Assembly (NCBI GenBank): GCA_001275005.1
Contig: JWZX01003324.1
Location: 1-43,614 of the forward strand
Direction of reading: 5' to 3'
Length of the DNA: 43,614 bases
DNA from: Chrysochromulina tobinii
Lineage: Eukaryota
Shown here: in pieces, positions 30,627-40,612 of the stretch
Position numbering within the stretch: the stretch's first letter is position 1
Layout of the letters: every line of letters starts with the position of its first letter
Translations under genes and position numbers: made by a program
Notes under the pieces: model-generated
Database searches by the model: none
What the model saw: only the letters and a program-made list of their open reading frames with translations
Told to the model about the DNA's origin: nothing

Positions 30627-31784
30627 CTATCGGCTAAACAGCTCGAACATGCCAAAGGGCACGGGCGGCACCACCGACGCGGAGCTGCCATGGGTAGGCT
30701 CGAACATGCCGCCCAGGCCGATTTTGGTGGCCGCAAAATTGCGCATGACAGCTTCGCGTTCGGCCTGCCGACGATCTAAGACCGCGTGCTGGATCGAGTT
30801 CAACTGCCACGGGTTCGGGAACCACGACTCTTGTTCAACCTTGCGCTCAAAGGGTTGGCGAGTTGCGGTGGTGGTCGGCGCTCTCGGCGGGCCGGCGGGG
30901 GGCATCGGGTGCGGCGGAGGTGTCCGAACATCTCGTTTGACATCTCGTTCATCCTCGGACGCCTCGCTCGCTGAATCGTCGTCGTCCACCTCCCACGGCA
31001 GACCACCGCCGGTGCTCTCGGTCTCTTCGCCCAAGATATCGGCGGCCGAGGGCCACTTTGGCGAGGCAGGGCGAGACTCTTGCGCTTGCTGATCGGCCTT
31101 CCATTTCTGGAACTCGTCCTCGTGCAGCTCCTCGTCGGCAGATGGCCCCCACTCGGACTGGTGGTAACGCCGCAGCCGTGCCTGGAAGCGCTCCTTGTGC
31201 CTCTCCTGCTGCTTATCAGCCCACGACTTGCCTTGGTGCCGCTTGTGCTCGGCCTGTTTGGCTTTCAAGTTGGATTGGTATTCGCGACACTTTTCCATGT
31301 ACGCCTCGCGTCGCTCTCGCTCAATGCGGGCCTCATAGTTACTGCGACCCTCGGCCATGATCCGCCGCTCTGCCTGCTGCTTCTCCTTACGCGCCTTCTC
31401 CTCCGCCTCGCGCATGGCCTCCATCGCCTCCTTCTTCGCCGCCTGGCGCTCATTGTACTCCTTGGCCGCCGCCGCGCGCTCCTCCTCACGCCACTTTTGG
31501 ACATCGCGCCTCCGCGCCTCATACTCGCGCCTGCGCTGCTTCTGCTTGCGCTCAAGCGGGGTCGCTGCCTTCTCGACGCGAAGGCTCTCGTACGCCGATT
31601 GCACGCGCCGAAACGCCGTGCCATCGTCGCCAACCTTGTCTGGGTGATTTTTCAGCACCGCTTTCTTCCACGCAGCACGAATTTCATCAGGGGATGCATT
31701 GCGGGCGACCCCAAGCGTTGCGTAAGGGTCGACCGACGCGTCCGGGTTCTGCACAGGGGGAGTCCAGCCTTTGCGGGGCGCCAT
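30627..31784 (-). CDS. J-domain (DnaJ class C) protein with coiled-coil
   Basis: DPYATLGVARNASPDEIRAAWKKAVLKNHPDK...FRRVQSAYESL carries the HPD motif. First ATG (MAPRKG) at 31784. Confidence 0.88.
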   Translation of the reverse strand: MAPRKGWTPPVQNPDASVDPYATLGVARNASPDEIRAAWKKAVLKNHPDKVGDDGTAFRRVQSAYESLRVEKAATPLERKQKQRRREYEARRRDVQKWREEERAAAAKEYNERQAAKKEAMEAMREAEEKARKEKQQAERRIMAEGRSNYEARIERERREAYMEKCREYQSNLKAKQAEHKRHQGKSWADKQQERHKERFQARLRRYHQSEWGPSADEELHEDEFQKWKADQQAQESRPASPKWPSAADILGEETESTGGGLPWEVDDDDSASEASEDERDVKRDVRTPPPHPMPPAGPPRAPTTTATRQPFERKVEQESWFPNPWQLNSIQHAVLDRRQAEREAVMRNFAATKIGLGGMFEPTHGSSASVVPPVPFGMFELFSR

Positions 31785-32113
31785 TGGTGGTTGTTTTTTC
31801 TTGAAAAGATGTGCTCCGAGGCGCTTTCGCACGTGCGGAGTGGCTGGCACTCGGCTCTGGCAGGAGAGCGCGGGGTGCGGGTGCTCACGATCTTCGTTTC
31901 AAAAGCAAGTTTCGACTGTTTCGCGAAAGTTGGTGAGTAACGGCTTTTTGAACTTTACCTGTTTAACCTCGGGGTCAGTTTCCTGCACTGCCTGCACTGC
32001 CTGCACTCTCAAGGCCGCCCATCTTTGTTTCATGCGCGTTGTCGTGGTGTCGAGCGAGGCAGGAGGCCGATAGTGCGTCGGGCTTGCTGGTGCTGGAAGT
32101 CGGAGCGTCGCAG

Positions 32114-32677
32114 ATGCCGCCCGCTCAGTCACCTTGCTCTATCGGCGCGGTCACCACTCGCCTTACCGTAACCGTGCCGCAAGGCATCAACGGCGGCGAC
32201 CTTGTGCGAGTGGCGGCGCCTGACGGCTCTTATCACAGCATTATGGTGCCAGGCGGGCTGGCATCGGGGCAGCAGTTCAGCGTCGAGCTTCTCGCGACCA
32301 GCAGCAGCTCGGCAGAGGTGCAAAAGCTGAGGGTGCGCTTGTAGACTGTGTGACCCTATCTGCCCAGTGAGTGTCTCTGGGGGCTGACCCGTGTGCCATG
32401 CCTTCGCAGCTCGAGCTGGATGCCGAGCGAGCGCTGCGGAGGGAGACGCAGCAAGAGGCCTTGCGTAACCGATCAGTATGTTATTGCCGCGCCCATGTTG
32501 ACGCGCCTGCCAGCGCCCATCGCCCATCGCCGCCCACCTTGCCGACCCTGCTCGGCGTTTCGTGCTTTGTAGGCGCTTGAGACGCTCCAGATCAAGCGCG
32601 CGGCGGATCATGCCTTCTTTCGGGACGTCATCAAGCGGCAGCGCAGATGCATCGAGGCGCTCGAGGAGCTGATGTAA
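32114..32677 (+). CDS. Small 3-exon protein (129 aa): VPxG beta-repeat module plus short coiled-coil; exons 32114-32332, 32410-32475, 32573-32677
   Basis: LTVTVPQGINGGDLVRVAAPDGSYHSIMVPGGLASGQQFSVEL. Two phase-0 GT-AG introns (32333-32409, 32476-32572) give a continuous frame ending in TAA at 32675-32677. Confidence 0.55.
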
Positions 32678-33185
32678 CGCATGGGCAAGAGCTTGCCGTC
32701 CGAGGTTTTTTTAGCGAGTGCTGTTAGTGTGGCTGCCCTGTCTCGGGGCCACAGTCTCGTCGCGTCGGCGCGTCGGGCCTCGGGCGCTGTCGCGCGCATC
32801 GCGTCCGCGTCGGGCACGTGTGAGGCACGTATCTCCTTTTGACAAAATTCGGTCACAGTACCAATCCGGCGCACAGGGGCGGATGTGACATCTAATGGGT
32901 CCCGTCTCCTCTCGACGCTGAGGGACATGCCCACGGCACCGATGCGTCATGTGATGCCGACGATGGATTAACGATGGATGCACACGCGGCAGCGCCGCGT
33001 GCGCCATCTTCGTAGACTGCGGGGGTGAGTAGACGCGATACCTGTAACACGGAGGTGGACTCCACAGTGCGCGCGCGCCGTCGCGCTTTCGCGCTCGCTC
33101 GCCATTAGCTCGCTCGTGCCGCACCCCCATCGCTCCGCCCCGCTCGACAGATGCTGCTGATGAAGTGATGAAGCTTGCTTGCTCA

Positions 33186-34721
33186 TCAGCGGTCACCTTC
33201 GATCAGGTGATGCTTCGTCAACGCCTCGAGCCGATCGCATGCCTCACGGATGGTATCGTCGCTCTTGCAGAAGGCGAAGCGCACGTAGTTTGCGGCGAGG
33301 TGCTTATTAGGCGGGGAGAAGAAGGGCGAAGTGGGGATGGCAATGACGCCAGCCTCATACGCCAACCAGCGGCAAAGCGCCCAGTCGCGTGTCACCCCAT
33401 CCGGCGCGGCCGGCGTGCGCTCGTCGAGGTACTTCTGCGGAACTAATAGCCGCGACGTATCCCCCATTAAGAAGAAGCCGCCGTGTCCGACCATTGGCCT
33501 GATGCCTGCACGCTCGAGGCCGTCGGCGAGCAGCTTACGCTTCGAGCGGAAGAGCTCCTTGAGCCACTCATAGTAGTTCGCGTGCCCTTCGTAGGGATCG
33601 TCAGCGATCATGAGCGCCTTGGCGAGCGCATGCTGGATAGGCGCCGACACGCAGAACTGAACGAAGGGTAACAGCAGCTGGATGGGCTTGATCAGGCGTT
33701 CGGGGCCGACGCACCAGCCCGCCTGCCAGCCTGTGATCGAGAAGGTCTTACCCGCCGACGAGAGCGTCACCGTGCGTTCGAACATGCCCGGCAAGGCCGC
33801 GAAGTGAACGTGCTCCGCCGCCTCCGCGTACACCGTGTACTTGTACACCTCGTCCGAGATGACGAGCAGGTTCGGATGTCGCGCGACGATGGCGGCAATG
33901 CCAGTCATCACCTCCAGCGGGAATGCCGTGCCCGTCGGGTTGTGCGGCGAGTTGAGCAGCAGCAGCTTCGGCCGGCCTGTCTCGACCGCCTTTTCAAGAG
34001 CATCTAGGTCTATCGTCCATGTGGCGCGCGCCACGTCGACCGCGAGCGGCACGGGGCGCACCACGCCGCCGGCGAGCTTGATCTGGCCGTAGTACAGGTC
34101 AAAACACGGCTCGAGCAGCAGCACTTCGTCGCCCGGGTCGATGAGCGCCTGCAGCGTAAGGTAGAGCGCCTGCGACGCGCCGACGGTGATGGCAACCTCC
34201 TTCAGAGGGTCGATTTTACGATGTAGGTGGCTCGAGTAGCGTTTGCTGAGGACCTCGACGAGGGGCGGGTGGCCTGCGGGGCGAGTATACTGGTGCACGC
34301 CCTCGTCGAGCGCCGCATGGCCCTGGGCGACCACGAAGTCGGGCGGCTTCCAATCCGGGAAACCCTGCCCTAGGCTGACCGCACCCGTCTCGCGCGCAAT
34401 ATCTCCAAATTCGCTCCAGACGGTTGGCTTGTCGAGGCCATTGAGGCGCGCCGAGACCATCGGCAGCGGCGGCGGTGGCGGCGACGGCTCCGGCAGGAGT
34501 GGCAGCGGCGGCAAGGTGGGCACCACTGCTCGACGCAGCTCGTCGGGGCCCGGCGCAAGGCACACCTCGCTCGAAAGGCACACCTCGGCAGAGGGATCTG
34601 CGACCGCTGTCACGCATGCAGCCCGTGCGAGCAGCTGCGCGGTGGCACGCAGCGGCCCGCACGAAGCAACGCTCGTTTGCGCGAGCGCACAGCCGAGCAC
34701 GAGCTCAGTTGAGACGAGCAT
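33186..34721 (-). CDS. Class I/II PLP aminotransferase (kynurenine aminotransferase/glutamine transaminase K-like) with N-terminal targeting extension
   Basis: AVSLGQGFPD, QYTRPAGHP, LNSPHNPTG, SDEVY, PLP lysine motif SAGKTFSITGW, VRFAFCK. Confidence 0.92.
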   Translation of the reverse strand: MLVSTELVLGCALAQTSVASCGPLRATAQLLARAACVTAVADPSAEVCLSSEVCLAPGPDELRRAVVPTLPPLPLLPEPSPPPPPLPMVSARLNGLDKPTVWSEFGDIARETGAVSLGQGFPDWKPPDFVVAQGHAALDEGVHQYTRPAGHPPLVEVLSKRYSSHLHRKIDPLKEVAITVGASQALYLTLQALIDPGDEVLLLEPCFDLYYGQIKLAGGVVRPVPLAVDVARATWTIDLDALEKAVETGRPKLLLLNSPHNPTGTAFPLEVMTGIAAIVARHPNLLVISDEVYKYTVYAEAAEHVHFAALPGMFERTVTLSSAGKTFSITGWQAGWCVGPERLIKPIQLLLPFVQFCVSAPIQHALAKALMIADDPYEGHANYYEWLKELFRSKRKLLADGLERAGIRPMVGHGGFFLMGDTSRLLVPQKYLDERTPAAPDGVTRDWALCRWLAYEAGVIAIPTSPFFSPPNKHLAANYVRFAFCKSDDTIREACDRLEALTKHHLIEGDR

Positions 34722-34902
34722 GGCTGGAGGTGCGGGCTGGGAATGTCAGTGGTAAGTTCTTGTTATTCGGTTGGCACGAAGCCTACTAAACGGGTGTTGG
34801 AGTGCGCGCGGCGCCCATTTTTAGCAGTGCTTTCTCACTCACACCCACTATGGTTCCACTCCGCGCTCGATCTCGCTGATTTCCTAATTCACATCGCCTC
34901 CA

Positions 34903-36432
34903 ATGGCGCTCGGCGTCGTGCTGCTGCAAGTCACGTTGCTCACGAGCGTGGTACTCGACCCGCGCGTGCCGCGGCCGGCTGCACAGCGGCCTCTTCCACT
35001 GCTTCGCTTCGTGGGCGGCGACGACGGCTCGTCGCCCATCACCATACGCGTGCGCACACGTGACGGCCCCAAGCGCGCCACGCTGCCGAGCGCAGACGCG
35101 ACGCTGGCCGACCTGGAGAAGGCGCTGCGGCAGGAGCACCGGCTGCCCGTGCAGCCTGGCCAGCTCTGCCGTGCGCCGGCCGGCGCCGAGCCTCTGAGCG
35201 AGGCCGATGGCGCGCGCAGCCTCCGAGAGCTCGGCATTGTCCACGGCGCAATGCTCCACCTGACGGCAGCCGCGTCAGCGCCGCCACCGCCCACGTCAGA
35301 CGCATCGACGACGTCCACCGGTGCCGCACGCAGCCGGCGCCGGAAGCACACGACGATGGCCAACTTTGAGGCGGAGCGCTCCCAGTATGAGGTGGTGCTC
35401 GACACCCCGAAGCCCGCGAGCTGCTCGTACGTCGCCGTCGAGCGCCAGGCGGCCAAGCGCTTCTCGGATTACCTGCTCGATCTCGAGTTCGAGACGCGCC
35501 GGGTCGCGCTGCTCTTTGGACGCTGGGAGCGCGCCACCAGCCCCGACGGCAAGGGCGGCGTGCACGTTGATGTGGTCTATGAGCCTCCGCAGACGTGCAG
35601 CCCCACGGAAGTGAGCATCGATGACGACGCGGCGGGTACAGATGAGCTCATGCGCGCGCACGCGATCGCAAAGGGACTCGGGCTGAGCCTCGTAGGCGTC
35701 GCCTATGCTCACCCGCCGCGCTTCCATGCCATGGAGGCGCTCGAGCTCGCCTTCCTCGCCCGGCAGCGCGCGAAAGCCATCGAAGCTGACGTGGCCGCCG
35801 CACAGCTCTTCGTGGGGATGAGATTTCGACCGGTGTACGATGATGAGCCGCTCGATGCAGATGTGACGGCGGAGGTCTATCAGCCCACCGAGCAGCTGTG
35901 CCAGCTCGTCCTCGAGCGCGACGTCGTGCGCAACGGCGGTGTCCTTGAGGGCAGCGGCCAGCTACGCCTTGACGCAGCCAGCAAGTTAGTGTTCAAAATC
36001 GGCGCGCAGACGCAGCCGACGGCGGACGCATCGTACTTCTTTGCACGTGTCCACGACCTCGCCAAGCCGTACGCGCCGCCCGCCGCCGGCGCGCTGCGCT
36101 GCGCCTTCCCGGCCGCCAACCGGGGCGCACCACTTCGTAAGTTCCACCTGCGCACCTTCCTTGTGAAGCAGCGCGAGGCCGGCGTGCCATTCGAAAGCAC
36201 GATACGCGACTTCCAGCTCCTGCTGCATGCGAGCACGTTGCTGCCGCGCGAGGTGCTCGAGCGCACGTGCGCCGCCCTCGCCGGGACTGGGACTACGCAG
36301 ACGGTGCGCGAGAAGCGTGCCGCCGCGCTCGAAGAGGTCGAGCGACTGCTCTGTCAGGCTGCTGGGTTGGACGTTGCCGCCGCCGGCGGCGGCGCACAAG
36401 CGAACGCCGTGAGCAAGACGAAGCGTAAGTAG
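34903..36432 (+). CDS. NPL4: NPL4-family (Cdc48 cofactor) protein with N-terminal signal peptide
   Basis: Ubiquitin-like ITIRVRTRDGPKRATL...TLADL...SLRELGIVHGAMLHL. MPN-like RVALLFG...VDVVYEPPQ...IAKGLGLSLVGVAYAH. Also FPAANR and DFQLLLH. Confidence 0.82.
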   Translation: MALGVVLLQVTLLTSVVLDPRVPRPAAQRPLPLLRFVGGDDGSSPITIRVRTRDGPKRATLPSADATLADLEKALRQEHRLPVQPGQLCRAPAGAEPLSEADGARSLRELGIVHGAMLHLTAAASAPPPPTSDASTTSTGAARSRRRKHTTMANFEAERSQYEVVLDTPKPASCSYVAVERQAAKRFSDYLLDLEFETRRVALLFGRWERATSPDGKGGVHVDVVYEPPQTCSPTEVSIDDDAAGTDELMRAHAIAKGLGLSLVGVAYAHPPRFHAMEALELAFLARQRAKAIEADVAAAQLFVGMRFRPVYDDEPLDADVTAEVYQPTEQLCQLVLERDVVRNGGVLEGSGQLRLDAASKLVFKIGAQTQPTADASYFFARVHDLAKPYAPPAAGALRCAFPAANRGAPLRKFHLRTFLVKQREAGVPFESTIRDFQLLLHASTLLPREVLERTCAALAGTGTTQTVREKRAAALEEVERLLCQAAGLDVAAAGGGAQANAVSKTKRK

Positions 36433-36771
36433 GAAGTTCCATGTTCCACTGACCGGGGGTCCATCGTCCAACCAAGAACCTATACCGCGCGCACGCAGGA
36501 GCAGTTCGACCCGCGCTGCCCACCGCATTGGCCCATCAATTGGCCCACCGTGCACGCCCGCGGGTGCCGCTGCCGGGCCCTTCTTGTATCACTCTCCGTT
36601 AAGCCACGCAACACTTCACACCGCGGGGGGCCAGGCTGAGGTCCCCCTCTTGTTGAAGCCCCCCCCATCTCACAATAGTACGATTATCTCTGGACACTGC
36701 GACACTTCGTCGCTCGTGCTTCGCTGCGACGGGCTTGCTTGGCGCGTGCGGTGGCCACAGCGGCCCACAAG

Positions 36772-39700
36772 ATGCAAGCTTCGAAAAGGCCCGTCGCTCC
36801 GCAGGGGCCCGTAGCGCAGCTGCAGCCGCTCGCTTTTCAGCCGCAAGCCGCCGCCGCCGCGGCCTCGGCTGGCGGCGTGGTTGCAACGGAGGGCACTGTA
36901 CCCCCGACTGAATCGTCGCCGCCGACAAAGCTCAACGTCGTCAAAGCCTTGACTATGAAGCTCAGGGATACGTACCGCAAGGCGGATCCATCCCGCCCCG
37001 AGGCGGTAGATGCCGCTCCGCGCCGTGTCCTCACGCACCCCTCGTTTCCCGTCAGCAATGGGTGCGCTGCCGCCCTTAAGCCCAGCTTCCGATCCTAGGC
37101 TGCGACCCTCACGCCATGCATACCGTGCGGCCCACAGCGGCGCCGACAATGAGCTGGGCGACCTGATCGTCGCCGTGTCGGACGCCATCTCTACGGGCAC
37201 TGGCACGGAGTATGAGGTCATCGGTCATCTCGGATCGGGTGCGTGTAGCCTCGCACCCACGGACTCCTCCCCCCTGGCTCATGACCGCACACACGGGGCA
37301 CCTACCTGCCGGAACTCTAGCCGCGCTCTCTGCCTCGCCAGCCCCCGCCTCGCACGCCCCCCGCCTCCTCTTCTTCCTCCTCCTCCCCCTCCTCCGCCGC
37401 CTCTCAGCCTCGGTCCTCGAGACTCGGTCGCCTCTTGCTCGCAGGCACATTCGGGCAGGTGCTCAAGGTGAAGCAAGTGACCAACGGGGCGGTCTTTGCG
37501 CTCAAGGTCATCCGCAACCGCCGTGCCTTCCGGCGGCAGGCACAGACAGAGGTAGAGCTGCTGGAGCGCCTCAGGCTGCCTGCCGAGACCAACGCAGAGA
37601 AAGCGAAGGACAAGGAGAAGGACAAGGAGAAGGCGAAGGAGAAGGCGGCCGCCGTTGTCGACCGCAAGGCCTTCGACGCGCGCGCGCTCGTGGTGCAGCT
37701 GTACGACCATTTTGTCTTCCAGAGCCATCTGTGCCTGCTCTTCGAGCCGCTCGGCGTCAACCTGCTCCAGCTTCTCCAGCAGAACAAGTGCATCGGCCTC
37801 TCCACCTCGCTCATACGTTACTTTTGCAAGCAGTTGCTCCAGGTGCTCACGTTGCTCTCGGACATGGGCATCTGCCACTGCGACCTGAAACCCGAGAACA
37901 TCCTGCTCCAGAACCTGCAATCGCCTGCCATCAAGCTGATCGACTTTGGCTCCGCATGCTACGCGCGACAGACGGTTCACAGCTACATCCAAAGCCGCTT
38001 CTACCGTTCTCCCGAGGTGCTGCTCGGCCTACCCTACGGCTGCCCGATCGACATCTGGTCGATGGGCACGATCGTGGCGGAGCTCTTCCTCGGCCTCCCT
38101 CTCTTCCCGGGCGAGAGTGAGTACAACCAAATTGCGCGCATCATCGCCACCCGTGGCCTGCCGCCCGACGCGATGGTCGAGGGCGCACCGCTGGGCTCAC
38201 GCTTCTTTGTGCGGGTCGCCGACGCCACGCCCACCGCCGAAGCCACGCCCACCGCCGAAGCCGCGCCCACCGCCGCAGCCACGCCCACCGACGGCGAGCG
38301 CGCCGCCGCCGCGCCCGCGTCCGCGTCTCCACCGGCCGTCGCCACTGGCGCCACGGCGGGTGAGGCTGGGGAAGCGACGCGGAGCGACGGTCGGGCGTCG
38401 TCGTGGGCGCTACGGAGCGAGACGGCCTATTGCGCCGAGTTTGGCGGCAAGCCCACGCGCAACAAGCAGTACTTTTACTACACGCAGCTGCGCGACCTGT
38501 TCTCGCACCACCCGCCGCCCAAGCCGCCGGCCACCGAGGCGGAGGCGACGTCCGAGCGTGATCGGCGTCTCGCCATGTGCCATTTCTGTGAGGGGCTGCT
38601 GCAATATCTGCCAACCGACCGTTGGACACCTCGCCAGGCCATCCGGCATCCCTTCATCACAGGGGAGCCGTTCACTGGACAGTTCGTGCCGCCGCCGTCG
38701 ATGCCGCGCAATCTCAGCAGCAACTCATGCACCACTGGCGCCGCTGCCAGGGACGCCGCCGTCGATGCCGCCGTCGCCGCCGCCGTCTCCGCCAGCGCGT
38801 CGCCCGTCGCGACGGGTGCGGGATCGTCCCTTCCACACTCATCGAGCACCTCGCCCTCGGGCGCGTCGCCCGTGCTGCCCCCCTCGGCGGCGCCGCCTGT
38901 GCCGGCGCCGGCGTTGGCGAGCTTGTCGCCGGTCGTCGCCCCCTCATCGGCGGTCTCGCCGCCATCATGCTCATTGGAGCTCGGCAGCGGCGGCGGCGGC
39001 AAGGCGCCGCCGATTTCCATCGCTGTCAACGTGGCGCAGCCGCCGACGCCGTCGCCGCCGCTGCCGCCGCCGAAGCAGCCGCTCGCGCCGACCAGCTCAC
39101 CTGCACCCGTGCCGCCGCCGCTACCGCCGGCGCAGGCTGTATTCACGGCGATGGGCATGCACAGCGGCGCGCCCACGGCCTCCATTGCGATCCCTGTCCA
39201 GATCGGGGCACCGAGCGGCGGCACGCCGTACGGTGGAATGGCCGACGGCTCGCCCCCCACGCACGCGCACGCTGCCATGTTTGCTCAGTCGCCGCCTATC
39301 GGAGTGCCATTTGGCAGCGCCAACGACGGCTACGCGTACTATGGCTCCTCACCGCCGCCTTTTGCCTATTACACCGCGTCGCCGCCGCTCTCGCTCTCGC
39401 CACCCTCGCTGCAGATGCTCCACATGGCTATGGGTGGCTCGTCGCCGCCGCCCCCGGGCTACGGTCATCCCTCCATGGGGTACGGCCACCCGGTGCATCC
39501 TCATGGCATGCCCCCACAGCATCACCAGCATCCGGCGGGCGGTCCGATCCTCTTTGCGCCCTACGGCGGCGGCACGGCGTACGGCGTGCATATGAACGTT
39601 TCGCCGCCTCCCACGTACGGAGCGCCTTATGCGGGCGGTGAGCTGTCGGGAGAGCAGGCACATGACCACTTTGGACAGGAATTTTGGGAGGCACACGACG

Positions 39701-39888
39701 CCAACAGCTCTATGCAGATGGCGCACTACGCCGCCGCCGCCGCCGCCGACGCGCAGGCCGTGTACGCCTATGCCGCTCAACAGGGCGCGCTCCAGGGTGC
39801 CTATTCGCCGCCGCAGTACTACGCCCCGCAGCATGCGCCCAATTCTGCGTATAATACTGCGCCGCCCATGCGCCTCTCGGTCAACATG

Positions 39889-39938
<50 letters not shown>

Positions 39939-40335
39939 CAACAGCTACGGCTCCGAAGCGTTTTGGGTGATGGGTGGCGGAACCGTCGGTGGCGCGCCGC
40001 ACAGTCCCAACAGCGGCAAGTCGTCGCCGCAGTCTTTGCGAAGCGGCCAAAGCGGCGGTGGCCGCCGAAACAGCTCGGGAAAGCGATCGCCGCGCGAGGG
40101 CGTCACGCCGCATTCGCCGCCCCTCGGTGTGGGAGCGACGGGCGCTTCTCCAGGAAGGGTGGACGAGGTGGCGTACGGCGGCACGGGCGGCGGCCACGGA
40201 GGCGGGGCCCCGTCCGGCAGTGAGGCGGCGGCAGCGGCAGGCGCGCGGCCGGCGGATGGCGATCTCAACTTTGACGACCTGTTCTCACGCTCGCCGCCGC
40301 CGCCCGGGACGACGCCCGGAGCGGCGAAGGGGTGA
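36772..40335 (+). CDS. YAK1: YAK1-subfamily DYRK kinase; exons 36772-37061, 37138-37238, 37445-40335 (1093 aa)
   Basis: YAK-type N-terminus PRRVLTHPS..SNGGADNE after splicing. Kinase motifs LGSGTFGQV, ALKVIRN, HCDLKPEN, DFGSAC, SYIQSRFYRSPE, HPFITGEPF. Introns 37062-37137 and 37239-37444 are GT-AG and in frame. Confidence 0.9.
39889..39939 (+). repeat. (GGC)n microsatellite encoding poly-Gly
   Basis: Uninterrupted run of Gly codons, almost all ggc, in the kinase tail. Confidence 0.9.
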
Positions 40336-40612
40336 GGGCGCGCGTGGAGGCACTTCGTTCGGATGGAGCCACGTGGCAGTGAGATACAGATTGAGGTGAG
40401 AGGAGAGAGAGGCAGAGCAGAGAAGCGCCACGCGTGTCAGCGCGGCACCAGTGTGATGACCTCTCGCATCTCGGACAGATCGGGATGCGTTCCGCGTCGG
40501 ACCCAGAACGTAGGAGGGGAGCGCGGACTATACTAGATTCTTGGTCATTTTTCATGTGTTCATAGGGGCCCATCCCGTAAGCTACACCCCCACATTCACA
40601 GGCTCTGCAAGT

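Noticed and set aside
32458..32572. GC-AG intron starting right after QQE in the small gene
   Set aside because: A canonical GTATGT donor at 32476 is in the same phase and is the simpler explanation.
37946..39641. Alternative-frame ORFs of 549 and 339 aa over the kinase
   Set aside because: Arg-rich frames arising from GC-rich Pro/Ala codons.
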